DNA from: Octopus vulgaris | Lineage: Eukaryota | DNA: 64,000 nucleotides | NCBI GenBank assembly: GCA_951406725.2 | Contig: OX597819.1 | Span: 47,678,001 to 47,742,000 of the forward strand | Direction: 5' to 3' | In this document: one piece after another, positions 1-12,910 of the stretch | How the letters are laid out: each line of letters opens with the position of its first letter | Position numbering within the stretch: the stretch's first letter is position 1 | The notes under the pieces: generated by a model | Databases searched by the model: none | What the model was told of the DNA's origin: nothing | The model's input: the letters and a program-made list of their open reading frames with translations, nothing else | Program-made: the position numbers and the translations under genes

Positions 1-397
1 GGCAGAATTTGAACTCAGAATGTATAGACAGATGAAATGATGCTAAGTATGTTGCCTGGTGTGCTATCGATTCCACCACCTTACTGCCTTAACATCAATA
101 ATAATAATGATAATGATAGTCACTTTGACAGCATGTGCTGCTCTCTCAATAATAATAATAATAATAATAATAATAGTAATCCTTTCTACTATAGGCACAA
201 GGCCTGAAATTTGGGGGAGAGAGTCAGTCGATAAGATCAACCCCAGTTCGCAAATGGTACTTAATTTATCGATCCTGAAAGAGTGAAAGGCAAAGTTAAC
301 CTTGGTGGAATTTGAACTCAGAACATAGCAGCAGACAAAATGCCACTAAGCATTTCACCCAGTGTGCTAACGATTCTGCCAGCTCACTGCCTTATTA

Positions 398-432
<35 letters not shown>

Positions 433-433
433 A

Positions 434-1310
434 ATAGAGCACCAAAGGCCAGATGTAGTAATCTTTAGGAGGGACAAACAAGAGTGCCTAATAATCAATG
501 TAGCAGTGCCAGAAGATCAACATATCATCATGAAAGAAAGAGAAAAAGTTGATAAATACGGAGCCTGAGAATTGAGATCACTAAGATGTGACAGCCACGA
601 GAGTTGAACATAAAGGTTACCCCTATTGTTATTGGAGCATTGGGTTCAATACCATCCAATCTGAAAAAAACATCTGAAAACCTTAGAAATATCCTACAAT
701 CTAGATGTATTACAAAAGTCGGCTTAACTTGGAACTGCACACATATTTTTTTCTACTCTAGGCACAAGGTCCGAAATTTTGGAGGAGGAGGCCAGTTGAT
801 TAGAGCAACCTCCTGTATGCAACTGGTACTTAATTTATCAACCTTGAAAGGATGAAAGACAAAGTCAACCTCGGCAGAATTTGAACTCAGAACGTAAAGA
901 CAGATGAAATGACGCTAAGCATTTCACCCAGTGTGCTAACGTTTCTTATTTCTTTATTGCCCACAAGGGGCTAAACATAGAGGGGACAAACAAGGACAAA
1001 CAAAGGGATTAAGTCGATTACATCAACCCCCAGTGTGTAACTGGTACTTAATTTATCAACCCTGAAAGGATGAAAAGCAAAGTCGACCTTGGTGGAATTT
1101 GAACTCAGAATGTAAAGGCAGACAAAATATCGATAAGCATTTCGCCAGGCATGCTAACGTTTCTGCCAGCTTGCCACCTTTGGAACTGCGTGCATATTGC
1201 ATAAAGTACTGTCGGTCTAAGGTCCTTGTTGACTTAACAAACCCCTGGTAGACACAATATCTTCAATCAACAACTTCACAATATTGTATACTGTGCAATG
1301 TCTATAACAA
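434..1310 (+). mobile_element. 3' fragment of an R4/Dong-like (RLE) non-LTR retrotransposon, interrupted by SINEs at 748-1179
   Basis: Degenerate frame HQRPDVVI...CLIINVAVPED..KEREKVDKY...PIVIGALGSIP...LQKS..LGTAHI, resuming at 1180 as LGTACILHKVLSV*, followed by a short UTR and (TAA)n. Confidence 0.8.
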
Positions 1311-1997
1311 TAATAATAATGGTTTCAAATTTTGCCACAGGGGAGGGAGTATGTTGATTACATCAATCCCAGAGCTCAACTGGTATTTATTTTCTTAACC
1401 CCAAGGGGGTAAAAGGCAAAGTCAACCTCGGTGTATTTTTGTACTCAGAACATAAAGACTGACAAAATGCCATTAAGTATTTTGTCCAGCATGCTAACAA
1501 TTCTGCCAGCACATTCTCTTCTTAGAAATAGTAATAATCCTATCTACTAAAGGCACAAGGGCTGATATTTTGGGCTAGGGAACTAGTCAATTACATTGAC
1601 TCCAGTGCACAAACGTTACTTATTTTACTGACTCTGAAAGGATGAAAGGTAAAGCTGACCTCAGTGAAATTTGAATGCAGAGCATACAGATGGACAAAAT
1701 ACTGCTACGCATTTTGTGCAGTATGCTTAAGATTCTGCCATCTTAATAATGCCTTCTTAATAATGATAATGACAATGATTTCAAATTTTGGCACAAGGCC
1801 AGAAGTTTCAGGGGAGGGAGGAAGTCAGTTACATCAACCCTAGTGATGAACAGGTACTTATTTTATCCTCTCCAAATGGATGAAAGACAAAGGTGAACTC
1901 AGCAGAATTTGAACTCAGAACACAAAGACAGACAAAACGCCACTAAGCATTTTGTCTGGCATGCTAACAATTCTGCCAGCTTGCCCGCCTCTTCTTC

Positions 1998-2021
1998 TTA
2001 ATAATAATAATAATAATAATA

Positions 2022-2062
<41 letters not shown>

Positions 2063-2115
2063 GATGATGGTGATGGTGATGGATGATGATGATGATGATG
2101 ATGATGATGGTGGTG

Positions 2116-2213
<98 letters not shown>

Positions 2214-2220
2214 TAATAAT
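1998..2220. repeat. Compound trinucleotide microsatellite (TAA)n(TGA)n(TCA)n(TAA)n
   Basis: Directly visible. Confidence 0.95.
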
Positions 2221-2435
2221 AGCCCTTTCTACTGGGGGCACAAGGCCTCCGATTTGTGGGGTTGGGACTTGCCAATCATAGTGACTCCAGTGTTTCACTG
2301 GTATTTAATTCATCAACATCCCAAAGACGAAAAGCAAAGTCGACCTTAGAGAAATTTGAACTCAGAACATAGTGGCAGACAAAATACCGCTAAACATTTC
2401 ATTTGGCATGTTAAAGATTCTGCCAGCTCACCACT

Positions 2436-2469
<34 letters not shown>

Positions 2470-2655
2470 TCATGATGATGATGACGATGACGATGACGAT
2501 GATGATGCAAGGCTAGTAATTTCAGAGGAGAGATTGTATCAGTTACATCAACCCCTGTGTTCAACTGGTACTTATTTTATTAACCCTGATAATAATAATA
2601 ATTATAACAATAAACACATTCTAATATGAAAAATATCTTTTATAATCAGACTCAC

Positions 2656-2774
2656 CCAACACTAATACGTAGTGTAGCTCGGTCACATTTTCCATCAGTG
2701 TAGACAGGGAACACTTTTAGTCTTAATGGTGATGTATTGGCAATAATTTCAAACACATTGTACTTGACATTCAT
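2656..2774 (-). CDS. TEP/A2M exon (MNVKYNVFEIIANTSPLRLKVFPVYTDGKCDRATLRISV)
   Basis: 'Q..+KYNV' continuation of the previous exon; TAG acceptor, GTGAGT donor. Confidence 0.9.
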
Positions 2775-3195
2775 CTAAAAATTAAAAGAATTGATAAACA
2801 AAATGCATTATATGATAATAATGGTAATGAAAATGAAACACTGTAATGATGATAATGATGATGATGACGATGATAATGATGGTAATTATTTTTAAATTAG
2901 GCACAAGACTGGAAATTGGAGATGATAGGTGAAACAGTTTATTAAATCAATACCAGTACTTGACTGGTACTTTATTTCATCAAACCCCACCTGCCTCAGA
3001 AGGATAAAAGGGAAAGTTGATCTTGATGAGATTTGAACTCAGAATGTAAATGCTACAAATTTCACAAAGCGTTTTGTCTGATACTCTAGAAACCCTGCCA
3101 ATTGTCCTCATCAGTAGTAATGCTGATGAGGAGGAGGAGGAGGAGAAGGAGGAGGATTTGTTATTAATGACGAAAGCAGTCTTAGTTCAAAATAG

Positions 3196-3418
3196 CATTC
3201 AGTGTATTTTACTTAATGTGGATATGCTACAGAAAGATAGAAAACTGCAGGTAGTAATAGTCTCAAGAAGAGCATCTCATATAGATGATGTATAGTGCTA
3301 AAAGGTACATACATGCTTTCTTAGCACTATTCATGTATATGAGATGCTTTCTCGAGATGAATGCTACACTTTCCTGGGTTTCTACATATTATCCACATTA
3401 AGTAAGATATAAAGAATG
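3196..3418. repeat. Imperfect palindrome of about 220 bp (MITE-like foldback)
   Basis: Arms TTACTTAATGTGGATA / TATCCACATTAAGTAA, AGCATCTCATATA / TATATGAGATGCT and ATAGTGCTAA / TTAGCACTAT. Confidence 0.8.
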
Positions 3419-4011
3419 GAATAATAATAATCTCGTTTCTTACATAAGTATCAGGCCAAAGATATGGTGGAGGAAGAGTAGAAAAGGTTAAAATGACTCC
3501 AGTAGTTGATTGGTACTTTATTGGTACTTTTATTGACCCCTAACACCAGAAAAATGAAAGGCGGAGTCAACCTCTAACAATTCTGCCAATTCACTGCTCT
3601 CATCATGATGGTGATGATGAAAATGGTGTGATAAAAGAATAGCACTGTTTTGCCATAGACTGACTGACTACAGCTTTTGTATAATGTGAACACACTTCCA
3701 GCCATTTTAGAAAGTCAAGCATATTAGCATATTAAAACGGCATTATGTTATTTCAAGTTCAGGAAATAAGGGAGACAATTCAGTAGCAGTTTCCCATTAC
3801 ACTGGAGCATCAATTTTGCCAGGCTTACCAAAACAGTGATAAGAGAAACACAAACTAGCTGCACCTTGTATGTCTTATTTAGATATGAAAATCTAGCTGA
3901 TTTATATACATGACTCCTATTGAACACAGACACAGCTGTGGTTAAGAAGCCTGCTTTGCAACCATATGGCTTCAGATTCAGTTCACCTATAGAGTACCTT
4001 CGGCAAGTGTC

Positions 4012-4474
4012 TGTAACAGGATGAAGGTCTCAGGAACACTTGAGGGGTGTCGGTCTTATCCTGTTACATTCAATTGTGTCGAAAGGAAAACCAAAACTTC
4101 GTCTATCTTCAGCAGCAATAAATAATACTTTATTTTGTCTGGATTTGCAAATAATATATATACACATATATTTTCATCAGGGCAAACCAGTAGCCAAGTC
4201 CATAAAACTATTCACAATAGTTAACCTGTATGAGCCAAAATGCTGTCTCCGTACCCGCGTAGAAGGGGGCTTCTCTATGTGTTGGCTTTTCCCTTGAGAG
4301 AAAGTTGAGTCGTGTCCACTCGATAGGGCTGCAGCTTCAAAAAGACTGATCTAGCAGGAAAACTTTCTGTTGGCAATTCTCTGCGCATGCACATGAGGGA
4401 ACTTCTGGTGGCCTACCGGAAGTAATTCAACTCTGCGCATGCACGCTGAAAACTTCCAAAATAGCGTCACTACA
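4012..4474. mobile_element. Solo LTR (463 bp)
   Basis: TGTA...TACA termini with a 4-bp TSD TGTC (4008-4011, 4475-4478). It splits a SINE at GGCAAGTGTC|TTTTACT. Confidence 0.8.
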
Positions 4475-4567
4475 TGTCTTTTACTTTAACCCTCAACTGA
4501 CCAATGCCTAGTAAAAGACAAAAACACCATCATATAAAATATGCATAAATTGAATTTCATATTCTAC

Positions 4568-4780
4568 CTGAACTAAGGCACATCCAGCTCCTTTGGCCTT
4601 CAATTTTATTTCATTAGGTAAGATTTTGATCTCTTCTGTCTTTAATACCAAGCTATTGATATCATCTACCAAGAACTCCTCCTCAAATTCATCTCCTTTT
4701 ACTGCAATATACATATTAAGTCCATCTCTGTAAGTGAATTTGGCATATTGTGCCAAGGCTTGTAATGCAAGTACTGTGTC
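4568..4780 (-). CDS. TEP/A2M exon (DTVLALQALAQYA...GAGCALVQ)
   Basis: DTVxALQAL and GxGCxxVQ motifs; CAG acceptor, GTAGAA donor. Confidence 0.97.
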
Positions 4781-7323
4781 CTGCAATAGGAAGAAGACAG
4801 TTCATGTTAGTTAACAGTAGTAACGAGAATTGTAGATATAAAAATGTCCTGTTAGAATTGTTATAAACAAAAATTGAAGAGCTAATATATTCATCAACAG
4901 ATGCTAACATTTATGAGACAGATTCCACTGGTACCATGTAACCCAGTATAACATACTTTGTTAGTTGGCAACTGAAACACCCTACCCCTACCCAGTAAGG
5001 AGCGTATGTGAATACCCAACAGGATTAAAAATAAAACTTGTCAAAAGGCAGAAGAGCTCCTCACAGATAAACCAACTGCCAACTGTAGCTGATAAGACAA
5101 ACACTATCAAATTATCTGCCCCTTGAAATACATTGTTGACCACCTGTTGTCTACTTAGACTAGAGATATTGGCTGATTCAAGAAAACATTCAATACAACA
5201 CATATTAACCTCAAAATCTGAAAGATTTTCAAGAGAAGGGCCACAAATGGAAAATATCAGCATATACTCAGAAGGTTCCCTAAAATATCAGCTGAGCTAA
5301 ATACATTTTTCTCTGTTTAAGATTTTTAATAGCTATCATATACCGATATATAAAATTTGATGCCTTTTATGTCACAAAATAAGCTTAGCAAACCTGATTG
5401 GGACTAATACCAAATATATATACAAAACTACCTTCACATTATATGTATAAACTGCATGTAAAATGTAAATGAATAGCAAGCATAGATTTGGGTCTCATCT
5501 CCAAACTGAACCATTTTATACATGCGAATATACAGTCATACTGAAATCTGGCACACTTTCAACCCCAAGTATTTCAGATAAAGCACCAGGCCTTCTTCAA
5601 CTCTATTTGACAATTCTCAACAATTTTCTATTTTCTTTTCTTAGTAACAAGTCTTCTATGAACTTGAGGCTTAGCTTCAAATTCAGTTGCATTAATTCAT
5701 TAAGAAATTACTCTCTTCTGCTCCTGAATTGAGATACTGGCTTATGTTATAAGAGTAGCTTGATTTTGTTTTGGTTTTACATTTAAATCCAATCTACAGT
5801 AAAGCCATTAACCAAAACTCTTAAACCACTAGCTTCAGGGTTGTCAGAAGGCATGGGCACACTGAGCAGTTGCCCAAGGCCCTCACATGTTTAAATGCCC
5901 AGTTTTAAGCTATGCAAGCTGTGGCTTGCCATCAATAAATAGATATCATAAGGCCCAGTTCATTGATTTAACTATGGAGCTATGATGCTACTAGGATACT
6001 TATTTGTACTTGTATATGCAGCTGCATTCACCTGGGGTGGGTTGAGCCAACTCCGAGCAACAAGTCGTATTTGGCATTTCAGTGGGAGTACAAGTACACA
6101 TGTAGCCCCCAGTCATACGCATACACACTTTGAGTTAATGTAATCCATAGCAGCTCATCTTGCCATCGATTGTCAACCATCACAGAGGATATACTAACCA
6201 AGTCACTATCGATTACTGGAGCAAATGTAGCCTGGGTTTGAAGCATGTTCTAGAGACATGCTTTAACAAAAGCTAAGGGATGCCTCACTCCCAGTAGTCT
6301 TCCAGCACACCAGACACCAACCCGGAATTTCTGAGTGACCATGCTACTAGGATAACCCTGATTAGCTCACTATATGATTTTCACTTCAATAGCATCTGTC
6401 ACAGAATAACCAATAGTCTATATCATATGGTGCATATATAATTCTCCCATCTAGACCATTTTTACCATCACCTGCTAAGACTATGAACTAAACCCAGTAT
6501 AATCTTTCCTCCCCATGAAATACTTTCCTCTGGAATTTCCTTGAAGTAATGCCACCATTACATATAAATAGAAGAATCCATTTTGATTATGCAAGAAAAT
6601 TCTTTGGTAGAAACATGGATTTGTAGTTAAGCAGTTTATTTAACAACTGAAGCACACAGCATCATGGGCAAGTGTCTTCTGCTATACCCTCAGTTTGACC
6701 AATAACTTGTAAGTGTAATTTAGTTCACAGAAAAAGCCAATCACACACACACATACACATCCTCCTCCTCCTCATCATCATCATCCTTTAATGTCCGTTT
6801 TCCATGTTGGCATGGGTTGGACAGTTTGACAAGAGCTGGCCAGCTGCAGAGCTGCCCAGGCTATGTCTCTGTTTAGGCATGGTTTCTATAGCTAGATGCC
6901 CTTCCTAACACCAACCACTTTACAGAGTGTACTGGGTGTTTTTACACAGCACCAGTATGGATGCTTTTTACATAGCACTAACACTCACGTTCCTGCAAGA
7001 TTAGCAGTGCACAGCAAGAGACGGATCCAGAGGACATGTATTTATGCAAGAACAATCATGTTTTTACTTAGCTTGACATGTCTTCTCAAGCATAGGAAAC
7101 CACCAGGAATCTCAGTCCCTTGTCATCCCCTCTGTGAATCCCAACTTCTGTAGATCCTTTCTTAGCACTTCATTCCACACTTTCCTGGGTCTACCCCTTC
7201 CACATGTTCCCTACACACACACACACAAACACATGCATACAAGCATATACACATATATGTGTATGTGTCTATAAGTATATACACATACATACATATATAT
7301 TTTCACAGTTTATCTTTATATAC

Positions 7324-7354
<31 letters not shown>

Positions 7355-7396
7355 TGTATTTATGTATGTATGTATGTATGTATGTATGTATGTATA

Positions 7397-7787
7397 CTCT
7401 TTTACTCATTTACTTGTTTCAGACATTTCACTGTGGCCATGCTGGAGCACCGCCTTTAGTCAAGCAAATCGACCCCAGGACTTGTTCTTTGTAAGCCTAG
7501 TACTTATTCTATCAGTCTCTTTAGCTGAACTGCTAAGTTACTGAGACGTAAACACACCAGCATTGGTTGTCAAGCGACATTGGGGGGACAAACACACACA
7601 CACAAACATATACACACACATACATATATATCCATATATACGATGGGCTTCTTTCACTTTCCCACACAAGGCTTTTGTCGGCCCGCAGCTATAGTAGAAG
7701 ACACTTGCCCAAGGTACCATGCAGTGGGACTGAACTTGGAACCATGTGGTTGGTAAGCAAGCTACTTACCACACAGCCACTCCTACG
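7397..7787 (-). mobile_element. tRNA-derived SINE family B copy
   Basis: Reverse complement of the element at 13816-14208. Confidence 0.85.
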
Positions 7788-8419
7788 CGTATGTATGTAT
7801 GTATGTATGTATGTATGTATGTATGTATGTATATATGTATGTATGTATGCATGCATGTGTGTATATATGCATGTATGTGACTTCCTTTATATCTTATGAT
7901 GCAGACCAGTACTTTTGGGGCAAATGGATACATTCTTAGAGAGTAGAATTGGCCCTGTGCAAGGCATTTCCTCTCTTTAAAAGGCTTCAAGCACAGGCAT
8001 TGCTTGATTATTGATGCCTTTATTATGTGTTGCATTCTATGCCTGGCCATTGGCAAGAAATGCAACTCACTCTATGAAAAATTCCATGAGGGAATGATAA
8101 CACGTATCAGCATTTGTATGAAGCTTTCTGAATACCTGCTGCAAGAGGTGCCCATCACTTCCTCATTTGTGCAGGTGAGTGTGGATCCCTGGTAAGATTA
8201 GAGGTGGGTGGGGCACACCTGTGCTGCTTGTATTTGGGAGAACAGTCCCAAAATGGCATTGCTCAAGCACCCAGTACACTTTGTAATATGGTTGGTGTTA
8301 GGAAGGGTATCCAGCTATAGAAACCATGCCAAAACAGACAATTGGAGCCTGGTCAGCTCCTGTCAAACCATCCAACTCATACCAGCATGGAAAATGGATG
8401 TTAAACAATGATGATGATG

Positions 8420-8738
8420 CTGGAGGAGGGAGGAAGAGGAGGGGAGAGGAGGAAGAGGAGGAAAAGGAAGAGGAGGAGGAGGAAGAGGAGGAAAAGGAAG
8501 AGGCGGAAAGAGGAGGAAGAGGAGGAAAAAGGAAGAGGAGGAAAAGGAAGAGGAAGAGGAGGAGGAAAAGGAAAAGGAGGAAGAGGAAGAGGAGGAAAAG
8601 GAAGAGAAGGAAAAGGAAGAAGAGGAAGAGGAAGAGAAGGAAAAGGAAGAGGAGGAAAAGGAAGAGGAAGAGAAGGAAAAGGAAGAGGAAGAGGAGGAAA
8701 AGGAAGAAGGAAGAGGAGGAAAAGGAAGAAGGAAGAGG
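8420..8738. repeat. Polypurine (GAG/GAA) low-complexity tract
   Basis: About 320 bp almost entirely A and G, directly after the (GAT)n tail of an RTE 3' end. Confidence 0.95.
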
Positions 8739-8983
8739 TAACCTGCAGGAGAGAGAGCATGTCCTTGGTGATGTTGATAACGGCAATGAAAGGACTTTAA
8801 GAAACCTAGCTGACTAACTGATTAACTGAAGGATTAATCAAACAATTAGTTTATTGGCTTAATAGTTTGCAGATTGCCAAATAAAAAATAAGAAGTGAAA
8901 TAGAACCAATGCAAGTGTTATTATTGCAATAATGATCCTTTCAAGGTACAACAAAATAACAAAGAAATGAAATGTGACTTTAC

Positions 8984-9207
8984 TTGTGTTGAGGTGAAAC
9001 CTCCATATGGATTCCTTTGTTTTGTAAGCCACTGTATAACTGGTAAGGTATGGGCCACTGCACTCATACCTTCATCTTCCAAAATACCCAATAAAACATA
9101 TGATGTGATCTCCACTTCAGCAGAGGAAGCTTGTCCATAGAGTAACCAAGGATCAGTTTCTTTAGGTTCAAGTTTTTTGTTGTCTCTGGTCCAATACATG
9201 TTGCCAT
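8984..9207 (-). CDS. Thioester-domain exon (GNMYW...VEITSYVLL...[16 protein letters not shown])
   Basis: VExTSY and GGFxSTQ motifs; TAG acceptor, GTAAAG donor. Confidence 0.97.
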
Positions 9208-10417
9208 CTATGAAATTAATTTAGTCGTAGAAGTATGATGAAATAAGAAAACAACAAAAAAAAATTGTTTAAATTAGGAAAAAATAATTAATTAAGGAAA
9301 AATTTCAAAAGATAAGTTTTTTAAAATATCAGCCAAAAAAGGTAAAAAAACAAAATAAAACTAAAAGAAGATATTGTGTTTACTGTTTATATTAGTTGGA
9401 CTGGAGTCCACATCTTGATTGTTACTGCCACTACCGTTTGGATGTTGTATGCTCCAGCCTTCTTCGGGTGTCTTACATTAAACTCTGTTGTATCAGTATT
9501 TCAAACCTAACCCTTTATTTGATCCAAGGGGATACACTGTTCTGATTCTACTCCCTGTGTTTCATGACATTTTTTGCTTTAGTTGATTTTTATGAATTAC
9601 CTTAGTGTGTTGCCTGGGATTTTGAATTCAGAACCTTTAAGTGTCTGCCCTGCATTAACCAATGTCTTTATCTACTACACTATGCTCAATACAACAATCA
9701 AGTTCAACACAAGGGCTGGAGTGGACAATAGCCAAAACATAATTAAAACAACAATCAATACGAAGACACCAGCCCAAATAATATAAACACTATACAGAAT
9801 ATAAATTCCTCATCTCACAAATATAGAATTGTATTAAAAGAAGATAAAATAAAAGCAGAGCTAGGAAAGGTTTCTTAGAACTACTAGCACTTTTTTGATT
9901 GCTAAAGATCGTTTTGGCACTGAAATTTGTTTTATTGCCTTCAGAACTTCTATTAAATACAGTTAGGGTCCCATTAGAAAGTTACAAAAAAAAAAAAATC
10001 AAAATTCAATTTTTTCCTTTGTTCCTTTCTGAAAAATAATAAACAGACATTGCAAATGTGAGAGGTCATTGTTCTCAACTAAGCAATTGAAGATAAAATG
10101 TGTGCATTTGTATTAGCTTGTATGCATTGATAGGGAAAATCTGACATTTTAGGACTAATATTCTACCTGAGAAAAATGAAAAGTTTCAACAGAAGGATTA
10201 AAAGAAATTTTGGATATCTTATTGACCTTATGTCTCTCCCCATTATATTTGACTGGGATTTTATTTTATGAAACTCCAAATAATAAAATCAAAATTGATA
10301 TCAACAGGATTTGGACTCAGATCATAAAATACTAGAATAAACACCACAAGGTATCTTGTTCAGTTCTCTAACAATTCTTTCAAATAATAATATAAGGCAT
10401 CTTATATTGTTTCTTAC

Positions 10418-10589
10418 CATCACGTATAACTCGATTCATCAATTCTTCTCTTAAAGCATTCTTCTTTTCATCATTACTTCCAGACAGTACAAAAGCATAA
10501 TGCATTAAAGCTAATGTGTATGTATCATTCACTTCAGCTTTTGATAAACATGCCATAGCATTGTTTATAATATCCATTGAAGTAACATT
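10418..10589 (-). CDS. Thioester-domain exon (NVTSMDIINNAMACL...DTYTLALMHYAFVL...)
   Basis: 'A+.CL...YT.AL..YAF.L' motif; TAG acceptor, GTAAG donor. Confidence 0.95.
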
Positions 10590-11460
10590 CTATAAAACAA
10601 ACATGAAGTCAGAAAAATATAAAAAGAATAAATTCACAAAAGCTGTAACCATCATAGTTTAACACCTACATTTCCATGTTTGTATGGGTCACATGAAATT
10701 TATTCAGGCATATTTTCTTTAGCCGATGTCCTTTCTGTTACCTGAATGATCTAGGGGCTAAGTCAACCTGTAAATAAGGACTATTAACTCTCCCAAAATC
10801 TAAGAAGTTTTAGTTTCTTTCATTGCACACTTAATTATATGTCTATGAAGAAACTTGCCACCCTACAAAAAACAGAAGACTGTGTGGATTACCTTACTCC
10901 ACAGCTTCCTTAAATCACTCTGAAGTACCAGCTTCAAATGGAGATTAATTAATCTCTCCAAAATCAAATTGTGCATAGCTAGTAAGTACATTCTTGGTGC
11001 CATTGTCCTAAAGATTAGAAGTATGATGAAATGAGATAAAATTAGTTGCAATACCACTGTTAGCCTTAATAAAAAGTCTGAGATATCATCTAATTATTGT
11101 CATAAGCAGATATTTCTTCTGGAGAATTTTCTGCTGGCAGAATGTTCTGTATCAAGTGATACAAATTCATAAAATTTTCAATTGCAAGCCATACAAGACA
11201 TTCAAAGTGGTCTGCCTTGTTGATGAGCTTATACTTTGGCTGGATTGTCTTCTTTACATTTTAGTAACCCAACTTGGAGCTCACAATTTTAATATCATGT
11301 GACTGCCTTTACCAATAAGAAGCACCTCTACTAACAACCAATGAGGAGCACCTTTACCAGTGACCAGAAGTTATAAAAAATGCCCTAGAGATAGAGATAA
11401 AAAGATAAGAAAAGTGAGAGAGAAAAAGAACACACACACACACGGGTACACTTACACACA

Positions 11461-11508
<48 letters not shown>

Positions 11509-11900
11509 GCTATATCTAATCAATTTATGCAATGAATCATTTCAGTTGCTGTCACAGATTTGGGAATTTTAAAATTAAGTGAAAATCTTCAAATTTGGTG
11601 TATTAGTGTAATTTTTCATTGAATCATCTGAATTTGGGATTCATTTATTCCCCGAAAAATTCAGTGGTGGTGGTGGCGGGGGTTGTAGTGAAATTATCAC
11701 AGTCGTACAAATACAGCATCCTTGCTACAATGAAAAGGGAACAGACTAAAGCTTTGCCTGTTACCATGGAGACAGATGCCAATGTGGGTTTTATAGTTAT
11801 ATGTATAATGGTGGTTTTCAATTGGCTAAAATTACCCAAATTTGAAAACTTTAAAAGCTATTGATTTTTTTATTTATTAATTTATGACAAAAATAAATTT

Positions 11901-12440
11901 CATCATCATCATCATCATTGTTTAACGTCCGTTTTCCATGCTGGCATGGGTTGGACGGTTTGACTGGGGTCAGGGAAGCCAGGAGGCTGCACCAGGCTCC
12001 AATTTGATCTGGTTTCTACAGCTGGATGCCCTTCCTAATGCCAACCACTCCAAGAGTGTAGTGGGTACTTTTTACGTGCCACCAGCACAGGGGCCAGAGG
12101 AGGCTGGCATCGACCACATTTGGATGGTGCTTTTACATGCCACCGGCACGGGGCCAGTCAAGGCAGCACTGGCATCAGCCATGATCAGATGGTGCTTTTT
12201 CATGCCACTAGCACAGGAGCCAGTCGGGGTGAGGGGGCTGGCATCGACCAGATTTGGATGGTGCTTTTTACATACCACTAGCACGGGGAGCCAGTCAGGT
12301 GGCACTGGTACAAGCCACAACTATAATTTCCATTTGATTGTGGTTTGATTTGATTTTGATGTTGATGTACTTGACTCAATAGGTCTCCTCAAACACAGCA
12401 TGTCGTCCTACAATCCAAAGGTACTTTTTTGAGTGAGCTC
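11901..12440 (-). mobile_element. 3' end of an RTE-like LINE with ~61-bp tandem units and a (GAT)n tail
   Basis: Same sequence as the 3' part of 27130-28027. Further copies near 6770-7200, 8260-8420, 14380-14890, 20865-21285, 23318-23690, 35430-35705, 40380-40560, 46110-46590, 48900-49142, 59153-59955 and 60335-60485. Confidence 0.8.
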
Positions 12441-12542
12441 TCATAATTAGCATACAAAACTAAACTCGTATAACCAAATTTGAAAACAATTGGAACAAAA
12501 TTGAAAAAATACGAAATTTGTGACGAGCAACTGAAAAAATAT

Positions 12543-12910
12543 TGTGACTTTTTTTTTAATGCCAAATAAAAGCACACACTATATATTCATTCTTCATTCG
12601 TTTATTCTAACTCATGTCCATTGTCCAGAAATTTTTTGTCACACATCTGTGACCTCAACAACACTTTCCATCTTCATGTGTACTCTTGCTCTGCTTATTC
12701 CAATCTGTTCTTCTATAACACATCATAGAAGAATAGAATGGAATAAGCAGAGCAAGAGCACATATGAAGATGGAAAGTGCCATTGAGGAGGTCACAGATT
12801 TGTGACGGAAGATTTCCAGACAATGCACATGAATTAGAATAAGAACAGTAATAAATGAGTGAAGAACGAATATTTAGTGCGTGTGTTTATTTGGCAAACA
12901 AAAATGACCA
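12543..12910. repeat. Long imperfect palindrome (arms about 180 bp, loop about 10 nt)
   Basis: For example CACTTTCCATCTTCAT..CTCTTGCTCTGCTTATTCCA..TTCTTCTA / TAGAAGAA..TGGAATAAGCAGAGCAAGAG..ATGAAGATGGAAAGTG. Confidence 0.9.

Larger units (their letters stand above)
1..3600 (-). mobile_element. Cluster of about 11 co-oriented copies of a tRNA-derived SINE (family A, about 200 bp) with trinucleotide tails
   Basis: Recurrent minus-strand unit with an A box (TGGCAGAATCGTTAG), a B box (GAGTTCAAATTC) and the body GCCTTTCATCCTTTC..GTCGATAAATTAAGTACCAG. Copies are separated by (TAA)n/(TGA)n. Further copies near 24680-24890, 33875-34060 and 42800-43000. Confidence 0.85.

Noticed and set aside
1915-2629. 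Homopolymeric amino-acid ORFs
   Set aside because: Trinucleotide SINE tails.
8298-8817. Protamine-like K/R-rich and Pro/Leu-rich ORFs
   Set aside because: Translations of a purine low-complexity tract that is open in several frames.
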